A stretch of 64,000 bases of DNA, taken from contig OX597824.1 of NCBI GenBank assembly GCA_951406725.2, positions 57,226,001-57,290,000 on the forward strand. Reading direction: 5' to 3'. Below the pieces are notes generated by a model. The model made no database searches. It was not told where the DNA came from and saw only the letters and a list, made by a program, of their open reading frames with translations. This stretch comes from Octopus vulgaris. Its lineage: Eukaryota. Below, piece by piece: positions 42,672-56,344 of this stretch. Position 1 is the first letter of the stretch, and each line of letters opens with the position of its first letter. The translations under genes and the position numbers were made by a program.

Positions 42672-43254
42672 GTATGTATATATAAATTTATAAATAAGGA
42701 TAATATCGATATTATCAAGTGGCCAGCATGGGAATAAATACCATACAAAGGTAATAATTTTTACAACTAAAAATAAGGGTGTCTGAAATAGCAGTCTAAT
42801 CACTGACTCTAAAAACCACCTTAAATGTTCATATCGCACCCTGAGATAAGACAGAGGGACAAAATAGACTAGCAAAAAGATATTACTGAATAATTCAAGA
42901 TCCTGGATTTCTAGCTTTGCTTCAGATAAGCTCTGCCTTCATCAATTGAATATATCAGATGGGCACATAAATACAAATATATATATACAGAACACATGTT
43001 ATACTTACATATACGAACGTCCATACATACATATATATGCACGTATGTACAAGGCCAGTTCAAATTGCCCGCCAACCACCTCATAAGCACGATATGGTCA
43101 AAACAAACACCGCAGTGAATATAGCGACAAATAATATAAATTTATAAATAAGGATAATATCGAGATTTAAATATTTGAACTCAGAACGTAAAGACGGACG
43201 AAATGCCATGGAGTATTTTACCGGCATGCTAGCTATTCTGTCAGCTCACCGCCT

Positions 43255-43352
<98 letters not shown>

Positions 43353-43396
43353 AATAATAATAACAATAATAAAAATTAAAATAATAATAATAATAA

Positions 43397-43444
<48 letters not shown>

Positions 43445-43502
43445 GGTGGTGGTGGTGGTGGTGATGATGATGATGATGACGATGATGATGATGATGATGA
43501 TG

Positions 43503-43565
<63 letters not shown>

Positions 43566-43568
<3 letters not shown>

Positions 43569-43890
43569 GCCCTGATGCAGTACCAGGCAGTGGCTGTCAT
43601 AGCTTCTGAGCTTAAGTGAATGGAAGTGTTATCATGTACATTGTTTGTCTTGGTTATAAAAGATGGGCTACAGCAAATATCTGCTCAATACCACAGATTT
43701 GCTTGCATGTTGTTTGACCATAACCAGTTGAGCATGTCCCTTAGTGACTGACGATATGTGCATTTCTGATCACGTGCAGAAGTAGTAAGGGACTATCATA
43801 GTCATGTATTGAGAAGAATTCTTTGCGGTTTGGATAATTCACCTTTGGAAACATAGGTGTTTCATTCAACATCCTTAAACAACTCTTATT
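43566..43890 (+). mobile_element. Copy of the (AAT)n-associated ~570-bp repeat, 3' truncated
   Basis: Matches 12914-13240. Confidence 0.8.
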
Positions 43891-44570
43891 CAGTTGTTTA
43901 AGGATTGCATTATTTTTGTTTATATATTCACCCTTTATTATTTTCTCTATTTATGTTTAAATAAATAAATGAGAGAAAAGGGTTTAAAACGAAAGTCATC
44001 GTGGTTTAGCGCTGAGAATTCCTCGAGGCATTGAATATAGATTACAATCTGATATGTTTCAAGATTTGGTTGGTGAGACGGGGGTGAGCGCTATTTGATA
44101 CCCTGACCACTCAACTCGAACAGTTACACATACTTGCTTTATTTTATTACAATTTCAAATTTTATTTTGGGAGCCGTCTCTTTGTAATGGTGGAGGAATC
44201 TTGTTTGAGAGTGAAGTTTCAATATTTGGTTTTAGGTGAGGGGTAAAAGAGAAGGAAGGAGAAAGAGAAAGGGAATAGTGGATACAGAGAGGGTATGAGA
44301 ATGTTCTCCTCTGTGAGTGTGTGTATGTGCCTGTGTGTATCGAAGTACTTGTATTTTACTAAATATGTGTGTGTGTGTACTTTTTTGTAAAATGTTAATC
44401 CTGTGTGTATGAGGATGAGTGCTTTGCGTGTGTATGCGTATATATGAGCAAGGTTATATATATAAATATGTGTACTTATGTGAGCACGTGTATGTGGTTG
44501 CGTGTGCATATATATATATGTGTGTGTATATATACATAAATATATATGCATTTATATATATATATATATT

Positions 44571-44615
<45 letters not shown>

Positions 44616-44638
44616 TATAAATATACTTCTAAACCTTC

Positions 44639-44687
<49 letters not shown>

Positions 44688-45108
44688 TGTGAGCTGTATT
44701 TTTACGCCAATACTCGGTCATAACTTACAAAATGAGATTGAATAGTGAATCTTTAGTTTATTTTCAACTACTTTGCCATGAGTAATATAAATAATAGCGT
44801 CTGGGGCACCTATAAGCAGTTTGCTAAAAATAAATTTTCTCCTGTATTACAAATGGGAGAATCCTAACAGAGCTGAAATATAACATAAGGGCAACTTCAA
44901 TTAGTCTTTAAAACCTATTCATCTGACATCTTGTAAGTCTTCAATACTGTCCTAGTCATACAGAAACATCACGACATTTCATACTTTTTAATAATTTAAT
45001 CCCGGACCTGTGTGTAAGGTGTTTCGCAAATAATAAACATATCCACTTAACCCAGTACCTGTATTGATTATTCATTTGAACTATGGCCTTCCCAGCTCCA
45101 TATTAGGA

Positions 45109-45214
<106 letters not shown>

Positions 45215-45227
45215 ATCTATCTATCTA

Positions 45228-45271
<44 letters not shown>

Positions 45272-45320
45272 AACATACATATGTAAATGTGTACATGTAT
45301 GTTTTACCTATATTCATATA

Positions 45321-45358
<38 letters not shown>

Positions 45359-45606
45359 GGATAAATGTAAAAAAACACAAACTGGGACAAGAACGCAAAA
45401 CATTTAGAAGACGATACAAAAAACGGACGGGACATTCGAAGCCTTCGATCTTCAGTCAAAAACCGGATCATCTTCGCAATTTCGGCTGATTGTATGTATA
45501 TATACGGGAAGCTTTATGAAAATATTTGATTTTGATTTTGATTTTTCCAGTTTCAGCTTATGAGCTGTGGCCATGCTGGGGCACCGCCATTTTGCTGGGG
45601 CACCGC

Positions 45607-45810
<204 letters not shown>

Positions 45811-45821
45811 GCACACACATG

Positions 45822-45853
<32 letters not shown>

Positions 45854-46406
45854 CAAAACATTCCTTATAATGCGAGATTAATTACCATATGAAGGCCTCA
45901 TTATTTTACTGTTTTAGTACTGTTTGCTTTCTTAATGTTCTCAAACGTTCAGAAACGTTATCCAAGAATAACTAAACACGTGCGGCTTTCTCTGATGAAA
46001 TATGCCGTTCTAATATCACAACATCTAAATTATAGAGATGTAATTAAGCCTGAAGAAATTAAATATTCATATATCGTCGTATCAGGATCGTATTTAAACT
46101 AATAAATATAGTAAATATACTAGCAATCCTACTAACATTGTTTCTTCTGCTTTCAATTTTGTATAATTCAAATCTTTATGTAACTTGATGCATTAAAAAT
46201 TAGTGTATTTGCACAAATGATGGGTTTATTAAATATATCTTGGTTATTTTGTGCCTGCCTATGCATGCAAGTATACATACATTTATGCACACAAACACAC
46301 ACACACACAGACACACACAGACACACACACATACACACATATATACATATGTATGCATATATATATATATACATATATATATATAAATACATGTATGTAT
46401 GTATTA

Positions 46407-46439
<33 letters not shown>

Positions 46440-46442
<3 letters not shown>

Positions 46443-47676
46443 GGTGCGAAGGTATTTGAGGATATACCCTTTTTTGGTCATTGCTGCATATTTTGCTAAC
46501 TCTGTATAATCTTTATTTCAGAAAATAATAATGGCAGACCCTCAGCTTACTCAAGAAATGAAGAGGCATGCTGTTATTGCGGTTATAAATGCTGAGCATA
46601 GCGATTTAGAAATATCTTGATTTTTAAAAGTTGCCAGATTTTTCGTCTACAAAGTTTGTGAGGAGTTAGAGACTGAAGATGGAAACGTATCACCAGCATC
46701 AAAACATAAAACGCATTCTAAACACTCTGAAATCATCAGAATACCTGAATTTATCCAGCAAGTTCAATAGACCATTGATTACAATCCCAGAAAGTCAATG
46801 AGGTCAATTGGAAAGTGTCAGAAGGAACAGTCAGAAATGTTGACCACGAAGACATCATATATGTCTTATATGATGAAAAGTCAATTTGTCCGAGAAAGCA
46901 GAAGCAAATCACTACATCAGATCTAAAAGTCTCTTAAACAAACTGAAAAATCTAGCAGAAGATTTCATTTAGTTTTTCTCAAACGAGAAAAACTTCGACC
47001 AAGTTAATAGAAGAAATGACAGTTGGTTATGTGCAGACCCTTCTGAATTTCCAAGTGTTATACATACAAAATTTCCTGCAACTGTCATGGTTTTAGTGGT
47101 TGTCAGCAATGAAGGACGTGTGATTCCTCTTTACTTCTTTCCACAAGGCCTTAGAGTTAACTCTGCCACCTACACTATGTCCTGGAAACAAATGTTAAGC
47201 CCTGGATAGACAGTGTATGCAATGGAAGGTCATATGTGTTTCAGTAAGACTGCACTAACACACATGGCTCTAGTAATACAGAAATGGATGGCTGAAAATT
47301 TTCACGATCACACAACCCCTAACATTTTGGCCTCCTAATTCCCCAGATGTCAATCTATTGGACTATTACATGTGGAGCGTTGTTGAGAGAGTGACCAATG
47401 AACATGCCCATAACACCAAAGATTCTTTGAAAACTGCCATAGTCAGAGTAATGTCCAAAATGAACCAGGACCACTTGATTCGAACATGTAGGTGATTTAG
47501 ATGTCATACAGAAACAGTTATTGAAGCTTAAGGTGGCTTTATTGAATAACATTATAGAAAAGAAGGTTTGTTTTTATTCTCATTGCATTTTTTGATAAAT
47601 AAAGTTAGTATCTGTTATTATATATCTGTTTGTTTTTATAAACAGAAATCTTTCCTCAAATATCTTACGCACCCTG
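46440..47676 (+). mobile_element. Full-length degenerate Tc1/mariner DD37D (maT) transposon
   Basis: TIRs ca(t/g)ggtgcg(t)aag.tatttgagga with TA flanks; FFSNEKNF, FQ*D followed 37 aa later by D in SPDVNLLDY; stops and frameshifts. Confidence 0.9.
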
Positions 47677-50176
47677 TATATACAACATCTTACTTCGAAT
47701 GTATACATAATATTCAGTTTAGTGGCTTTTAGAAAAAGCTGTGGCTTTCTCTGGAGCTTAATGTAGCTACCGGCTTTGTGCTCAGTTGGGTGTCAGTAAA
47801 TTGTAAACAAGAAGAATTTATTTACTGGCGAGGGTCAATCTTTGAATTAAGTTAGAGGTTGCCATAAATTAACATACAATACATATTAAGATTCAAGCGA
47901 TTCTGCATCAGTAAGTTTGCTTGCCGTGAAATTTTAGACGCATTTCATAAGTTCTAGATATATTTCTGAAGTTTTAGACAAAGGTCTGATGCTCTAGATG
48001 CCTGATTTTAAACACGGGAGCTAAAGTTTTGGGCCTTGAATCTTCAAACGGTCTACATTTTTGGGACAGTTCCCTCGAAGTAACTAAAAGAAATAGTAAA
48101 ACAGGTACAAGAAGGACAAAGAGATATTTAAAATGATTAAGAAATGTAGGGAGGGTTGTGTATTGTGTTAAAGAGAAGGGCCTTTGAAGAATTCTTGATT
48201 TTTGATATCCTCCCCTATCCTTCTCAATTGGAGCTGGTCTTAATTAGCATTTGGCAATTATGTTACATCTTAAGCAGAAATAATTTTGATAAGTCAAGAA
48301 TTTGTGTTATAATCTTGTCTGATACACCTGTATTTGTCTATGCTGTTTAAATAAATGCCGCTGGCTGCTCTGAGTTGTTACCACTTAGCTCATTTTTATT
48401 TAAAATCTATGAAGGAAACACTTGATTTACTTTTAACATCGACACATATTGTATTTAAGTTTACCTTACATTACAAAAGATCTAATCCCAACAACCTATG
48501 GTAAGAGCATTGATGGTTGTGATTGGTGTCTGGGATTGATTGATGTGATTGTAATGGATCAGTGACGGCGGAACGTTCGTTAGTTTTCAACGGTAATGAG
48601 TATTGATTTTATAGATTATGATCACATTGGTAGTAGATGTTAATACATATATGATGTTGATATTTCTGTGATCTGGCTGGAGGTAGTGTTTGTGATGTTT
48701 GCTACAGTATTGGATATAGTATAGCGAAATGCTTAGTAGTGATTGCTGGGTCGTTAGATGTATTATAGATGAAGTGTTTAGTAACGATAATTAAAATGTA
48801 TATTGTTGATATGCAGTTGTTGAGTGAATGCTTGTGTTGATTGAAGGCATGGTTGGTAACACATGAGTTGTTTTTGTTTATAACAACTGAACAGGTGTTA
48901 GTGCTGTTGATGGTTGTGGTACTGTTGGTGATAGTCGTGATGGATGAGTTGGGGTTTGTTGGTAATAAATGTAAGAGAGTAGCATTAGGGATAGTGATGA
49001 TGATAATGATATAAGGGTGATGTGAGTTTGCGATGTTGAGATGATAACGACGATGTCGGGGTGATGATGATTTGGGGGTTGATATGTTGGTATTGAAGAT
49101 TTTAGTAGTGGAATTACGACGGTCACCTGATGACAGTGGTGGGGGCCTCAATTGTTGTAGGTATCACAGTGGCGGTGTCTGTGGTGACGACTCGAAAATA
49201 GTAAACCAATTTATTCAATGGTTTACGAATCGATCGGTCAAGAATGAAGAAATGTGATATTACTGATAACATTTAGTGTGTGCCAAATACAATATCAGGA
49301 TCCATGGAAATATGTTTTCCCATTTTTATAACACACTTCATTTCCGATTGATTTAATCTTGTAAAAAAATAACAAATACGTGTGTGTGTGTGTGTGCGTG
49401 CGTGCGTGTGTGAGAGAGAGAAAGAGAGAAAGAGGGAGAGGAAGAGAGAGAAAGAGCTAGAGAGAAAGAGAGAGAAAGAAAGAGAGAGAGAGAGAAAGAA
49501 AGGGAAATTGTGTGTCTGTGTGTGTAACTTGTGTTTTTTTAGCGCTCTTGTAACTTCGTTTTTGTCCGTTTCTGGCACGAAAGAAGGAAGTCCATGCTGC
49601 TGCAGAACGAAATAGAGGTAGACGAGGAAGAGAAGTAGAAAATATATCGATGGAAGAAAAACAATAAAAAATATACTTAAACTATATACTGAGGAAGGAG
49701 TAAGTAAAGAAGGTGAAGTATGAAGATGATAAAATAAAGCGAACGACATAAAGAAATATTTTTTCCTCCATAATGACGAAATTGAGTACGTGTTTATATG
49801 TGTGTGCATCCTAAAACAGCAAAATCAAATGGTAAGAGGCTGAAATATACGCAAATTCCTAAAGACATGAAAGCATGGGTGGGAAGGAAACGTTATGAAT
49901 TGGAATGGCAATAAAGAAATAAACGAAAACACCAACGCATGAGTCAATATCTTATATATAAGACCACTTGTTTATTTTGAATGGTCTTACTTTGTTGTTG
50001 GGTAAGCTGTTAGGTTTGAAGTGCAGTTTACTATGGTAGGACCACGAATGTGTTGTTACACACACACACGCATATATTTGTGCATATATATATATATATA
50101 TAAAACTGATCAGATATTAGACCAAACATACATACATGCATCCACAGTCTAATGACTGAAGTAAGAAAAAGATAAA

Positions 50177-50276
<100 letters not shown>

Positions 50277-50289
50277 CATATATACATAC

Positions 50290-50344
<55 letters not shown>

Positions 50345-50472
50345 TATGTGGGCACAGGACGTCACGAAATGTGTACAACAAAAAATACGAAGCACGAGTA
50401 CATGGAACATGAACTATTCTTTCGAACAACGAAAGACACAAATGAAAAACAAAACAGACAACATAAAGGTCG

Positions 50473-50536
50473 ACCCTTCATCAGTTCTTGGCTGTTTTTC
50501 TAGTTTCGTATTTCGAGCATTTAACAACAATATACG
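50473..50536 (-). ncRNA. Candidate non-circularly permuted hammerhead, copy 2 (divergent subfamily)
   Basis: CGUAUA^ UUGUUG uuaaau GCUC GAAAUACG ... CAAGAA CUGAUGA a GGGU. Confidence 0.65.
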
Positions 50537-50799
50537 CTTTCGATAAAACAGTTGCTCCCGCAAAGCAAATCAAATAAAATTTGGGATTTTGCGGAAGGTC
50601 AAAACACGTCACTGTCCTGTTTGTGTTACCAATTTTATATTATTTATATTATTATATGATTGAACGCCACGCATCCTCTTCCAAGTATGTATGTATGTAT
50701 GTATGTATGTATGTATGTATGTATGTATGTATGTATGTATGTATGCATGCATGCATGCATGTATGTATGTATGTATGTATGTATGTATGTATGTTATGT

Positions 50800-51330
50800 C
50801 AGGTCACTTTCGAGTGTTACTGGTAACATGTAACCCAGTACAACCTGTTGCATGGTCGGGTCGTCGGCGACTAAACCGGCAACCCCACCAAGCTTGCTTG
50901 GTGAGGAGGGTGTTTATTGGACACCCTGCGGGATGAAAAACAAAACCCGCCAAAGGGCGGAGGAACTCTTGGGAGTCAACGGCCATCCAATAAATGTCTT
51001 AAGGCTGTATCATGCGCGGGGACATAGAAATAATCGGACTGAATACCCGATCGCGCGGTTAAACCATTGGGAGTGAGGGACCCCTAGCCTTTGTTAGGGC
51101 ATCCTTCTAGGAGAAGGTAACTCAGGTATCTGGGATAAGTCCGACATAAAATTTGCGGCTCAGTGGTTACCGATGATGTTGACTTGTTCTTCTTTTCGGA
51201 TTATGGTTGCTGTTGCTTAGTGAGTGGGATTGACTCAGTGCACAGCCTTTCCTCACTTTAAAAAAATCTTCTTGCACAGGCATTGCACGATAACAACATT
51301 GATTAAGCTTCGTGCAATGGCCATACTCGA
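50800..51330 (+). mobile_element. GC-richer repeat resembling an RTE 5'UTR or RTE-derived SINE
   Basis: Motif ttagggcatccttctaggagaaggtaactc; bounded by (TATG)n. Confidence 0.5.
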
Positions 51331-51356
51331 TAACGAGGGGGCAGCCACCATGTATG

Positions 51357-51420
<64 letters not shown>

Positions 51421-51876
51421 TATCTTTAAAATTTGTTCATAGTAACGTTTTGAATATGCATATGAAGCTCCTATTCCATTATGCCGGCCACTGTCTATAT
51501 AATATCGCCTGAACAAATGAATCAACGATGAGGATCAACCGGATGCCCAAAGATATTACAGACTACACTGTAATCATCACAGGAATACGAACTGTGATTT
51601 TAAAAGTTATGTGACGTGTGAAAACGCGCATAGTGATGCATTAAATGTTTATAAGTTACATCTTTTGATTATTATTATTACACACACACACAATCCAAAA
51701 GAATAGGGCATTTAAATACTTACGAGCGCTCTCATAAAATCCAAATTTGGCTAACTACATTGAATGAAGGAAACATTCAGAATCGTTTACAATAAACAAT
51801 TGACTCTGGTAAATCCAGAGTTCAATATACAGAATATATTCTCAAGAAGAGATAGAGGAGTAACGTATACTAAACA

Positions 51877-51944
51877 GTAAATGAGTTGCCACATCAAAGT
51901 AGCAGTGACATTCAACTGCCACTTTAATGTAGCAACTCATTTAC
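51877..51944 (-). other. 68-nt hairpin with a 30-bp stem (pre-miRNA-like)
   Basis: Three C-A mismatches on + are all G-U pairs on -; 8-nt loop. Confidence 0.5.
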
Positions 51945-52274
51945 AGAATATATTATCAAGACATAATAAATCAATTTGGTCTCTTCTCTCTTGATAGACT
52001 CAGCATCACATGTTTTTTAATGCAAATTTGTTGTTACATAATCCAGTGTACCTGATAATAAGAACACATGAAAATTCATAGCAAGGATATTAGAGCTGTA
52101 AGTTTCTCATTAGTTCTCTATTGATGTTCTACTTTTCTGTAATTTAATGTATCTTTGCAACTAAGGTTGTTGGTACGTGTGCACCTATTTATCTATGAAT
52201 GCATATATAAATACGTTCACACTCATATACGCATGCGTATATGTATGTATTTATGTATGTATGTATTTCATAAT

Positions 52275-52489
52275 TTTATTCTTTTATTTATTTCAGTCAT
52301 TTGAATGCGGCCATGATCGAGCACCGCCTTGAAAAGTTTTTTAGTAGAAGAAATCGACCCCAGAACATATTCTTTGTAAGCCTAGTACTTTTTCTATCGG
52401 TATCCTTTGCAGGACCGCTAAGTTAAGGGGACGTAAACGCACTAGCAATTGTTCTCACGCAATGGTGGGGGAACAAACACAGACACAAA

Positions 52490-52557
<68 letters not shown>

Positions 52558-52726
52558 GGCGCAGGAGTGGCTGTGTGATAAGTAGCTTGTTTACCAACCA
52601 CATGGTTCCGGGTTCAGTCCCACTGCGTGGCACCTTGGGTAAGTGTCTTCTATTATAGCCTCGGGCCGACCAAAGCCTTGTGAGTCGATTTGGTAGACGG
52701 AAACTGAAAGAAGATCGTCGTATATG

Positions 52727-52777
<51 letters not shown>

Positions 52778-52981
52778 TTGTTTGTGTATGTGTTTGTTGC
52801 CCCACCATCGCTTGACAACCGACGCTGGTGTATTTTCGTCCTCGTAACTTAGCGGTTCGGCAAAGAGACCGATAAGTACTAGGCTTACAAAAAATAAGTC
52901 TTGGTGTCGATTTGTTTGACTAAAGGCGGTGTTCCAGCTTGGCCGCAGCCAAATAACTGGAACAAGTAAAAGAGTAAAAGA
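52275..52981. mobile_element. Two family A SINEs head to head: 3' half (-) at 52275-52490 and full copy (+) at 52558-52981
   Basis: Direct similarity to 20537 and 15367. Confidence 0.85.
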
Positions 52982-53142
52982 ATATATATAATGGAGAAAT
53001 TATGCAAAATCTATAAATAGATGATGAGTAAAGCACCGGCACAGTTTCGATTACTTATTGTTATCCTTAGATTTATTGCAGGAACTTCGTAGTGGATGTT
53101 GGGACAATAGTATTAATGAAATAGGAGATGGAATGTGTAATA

Positions 53143-53209
53143 GACTTTATTGGGAACAACACATGTTTCGAGCCATTCTGGGTCTCTTCGGGTACATCAA
53201 TAAAAAGTC
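53143..53209 (-). ncRNA. Degenerate type I hammerhead
   Basis: CCGAAGA GA..UC GAAAC AUGU GUU; distal stem I gacuuu..auug/caauaaaguc. Confidence 0.5.
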
Positions 53210-53639
53210 TCAATAGAGATTTCATGAGTCGGCTTACATACTACTATATGTTCATCAAATATATTATAATGGGGGAGGCTGGTTTATGAGATTACCCTGG
53301 GTTTCTCGCTCAAAAGGGGTTCGGCCTTACGGCGTATCTTCAGACCCCAAATACTGCTGGCCTAAGACCTCTTCAAAATATTGAGGGGAAATGCCTCCCT
53401 ATAAAGGCACACACTAGGTGATTATTGGATTTCGGCTGCGCCGCTTACTTGCGGTCACCAAAGAACCGCAGAGGAAAATGATTGTCTCCTTTCGGCCTTG
53501 GCTATTGGCTTTCGGCTGTGGCGTCACTATGCGGATTCCAAAACACCAGCAGGAATCTTCTAAAATACTCTACATCTTAGAGTGTGCTTCTCCTACTGGT
53601 TTATCTATTTCTACAAACGATATATATATATATATATAT

Positions 53640-54188
53640 ATGTTTTTGTACCCTCGGGTGTTAGAATAAACACGCAGCGATACATTAGCGACATTCTGGA
53701 AGCCGAACGGCTTCCACGGATGAATGAGCACCTTCAAGGCGCTCCTTGGAGCCTCCAACAAGACTCGACACTATCCAACAGCTCCAAATAGACATGGTGC
53801 TGGATTCAGAAAAACATTACGTCGTTCATAAGCAAGGATGTATGGCCCTCAAAAGGTCCTGGTTTCAACTCGTTGGAGTTTTCTGTTTGGTACATTTTGG
53901 AGACGAGGATCTCGAGCAGTCCCCCCGCTTCGCTCAACGCTCTGAAGGCAAAAACTGCGTCAGGAATGGACTTCGATTCCACAAGAACAGCGGCATGCCT
54001 GATTTGAATCTTTCGCAGCTAGACTCAAGGCTTTTATTAGAAATAGAAGTGATCATATCAAGTAAATGTGATAGCGTCATAATTGTATTTCCTTTACCAT
54101 TGCATTGCAACGCTCAGACCCGAGATATAACAATATTTTTCTTTGGAAAAATTGCAAAAAAGTTGGTTGCCTTAATTCTGAGACATAA

Positions 54189-54194
<6 letters not shown>
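53640..54194 (+). mobile_element. 5'-truncated maT-like (DD37D) transposase remnant
   Basis: GVRINTQRYISDIL, SLQQD, WPSKGPGFNSLEFSVW, LRQEW. Confidence 0.75.
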
Positions 54195-54267
<73 letters not shown>

Positions 54268-54829
54268 TATTTATTGAATATTTGCATGACTGAGCGCCCT
54301 CGCGTCGTTTCGTTTCGTTTCCTTTCTGTTCTCCCAGTAAGTTTTTTATACATAATTATGACGCGGAACTCTATAACCCTTTGCTTGACCTTCCCTTCCT
54401 TCCTATCTGTCTTCCTCTTTATCTGATTCTCTCCTTCTTATTTTTCACTCCTTTTTTTCACCCTTTCTGGTTTCCTTTCCTGTCTCTATCTCTCTCTCTC
54501 AGTCCTCCTCATCTCTCTTACAGCCAGGTCGACCAACTTCCTTTCGCTGGCGGCTTCCTACAAGTGAACACGCTTTTTTCCTGCGCTCTTAAAAATTTTT
54601 CCTCGTCTAGGCTAAAAAAAGGCCCTCATTGTTTGTTTTCCTGTTTGTTTTTATTTCTTGTACTGTATTTTTTGTATTTGTATTTTTATTTTCTATTTGT
54701 TTTTTATTCGTATTTTTATTTGTATTATTTTTACGTCATGTTTTTGTCACATTTTTTCTCTCCTTGTTTTTACCCCTCTGCGAAGGAATTTTATTTAATT
54801 CTTTCGGAGGAAGGGCTAGTTCGACGAGT

Positions 54830-54891
54830 CGTGTTCTGTCCTTACCTTCGAAACACGCATGGAGTCGAACTACGGACAGCTGATGAAGGGG
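54830..54891 (+). ncRNA. Candidate non-circularly permuted hammerhead, copy 3 (best preserved)
   Basis: CGUGUU^ CUGUCC uua cCUUC GAAACACG ... GGACAG CUGAUGA a GGGG; within a (TA)n-flanked element at ~54290-55110. Confidence 0.7.
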
Positions 54892-55132
54892 AATTTTCCT
54901 TGTGTTGTTTGTCTTGCACTCTGTTTTTTCGTTGTTCAAAAAGGTCCGTTTCCATGTTTGTTTTTACGTTTTCGTCTGTCGTTGAGTTCTACGTCTATTT
55001 GTGGTGTCTTGTACTCACGTATATATATTTATATATGCATGTATATATACATGTAGATGTAGGTACGTACATATATGTATGTATGTATGCATATATTTTA
55101 TTTATTAAATATATATATATACATATATATAT

Positions 55133-55290
55133 ACGACGGTCTTCTTGTTGTTTCCGCTTACCAAATCCACTCACAAGGTTTTGGTCAGCCCGAGGCTATA
55201 GTAGAAAATACTTGCCCAAAATTCCACGTAGTGAGACTGAACCCAGAGCCGTGTGGTTAGTCAGCAAACTTCTTACCACACTGCTACGCC
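55133..55290 (-). mobile_element. SINE family A, 5' half
   Basis: Similarity to 15634-15800. Confidence 0.75.
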
Positions 55291-55619
55291 TAAGCCATCT
55301 TCAGAGTAACCTATCAGATGAGTGTAAAATTGTTTTTATAACAACTGAACGCAAAATATTTTTTGTATTATAATCAATGGATTCTTCTAAGTTATAGCAT
55401 TTTTACACAGAGCACATTTATAAATATATCTATAGCTAGATATCCAGTATTTAGATTACGACTAGTTTTGCCACATCATGTCTCTTCAGGTAGTGTGTTG
55501 TGAGAACTATCATTCTACTGTTGCATATATTGAAGGAATCAATCCGACGGTAGAATAATGGTTCCTAGCTCACATTACCAGAAGAGCCATTTTATTGCAG
55601 ACGCACAGAGATCAATAAA

Positions 55620-55668
<49 letters not shown>

Positions 55669-56256
55669 CATACATATATACATACATATGTACATAGATA
55701 CAAATATATGCACATACACACATGTATGTGTGTTTGCATGTGTAAATTTATCTTTCTGTTTGTAGATGCAGATGCTTCGTCATGATAAAAAGCTAGTAAA
55801 TTCATGTAAAAGTAAAAAGTATTTTCATATATTTGTTTCCCATTTTTTGAGTCGTAACCAGAACCTGGCCAGATATTTTAGCATCGGTTAATATATTGAA
55901 CGGTGTCAATAACTGGAGGCATCATTGATGTGTTTATGGATATTAGATTAAGAAGAGATATATTTATGGCTGGAGTACAGGGTATGCGTATGTGTATGAA
56001 TATATTTACGTGTGCTCACTTATCTGTGCAAAAGAGTATAGTATTAGTATGCACATTTTTTGTCAATTTTTTATTTTTTTCTATCGTTTGTGCGATGTGT
56101 CCATCACATGAACATACACACACATAAACATAAAGACGCGCGCACGCGCGTGAGTCTATGTGCGCGCGTGGGTTTGTGAGTGTGTGTGTGCAACAAGCTT
56201 TTTATTTATCGAAGATACAAACCAAAATATTTTGAATGTATCAAATACATACATAC

Positions 56257-56344
<88 letters not shown>

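Noticed and set aside
47680-48480. Possible N-terminal retroelement coding remnant
   Set aside because: No convincing motif recovered by manual translation
54381-55373. 330-aa hydrophobic ORF
   Set aside because: Runs through a T-rich repeat, microsatellite and SINE; compositional artefact
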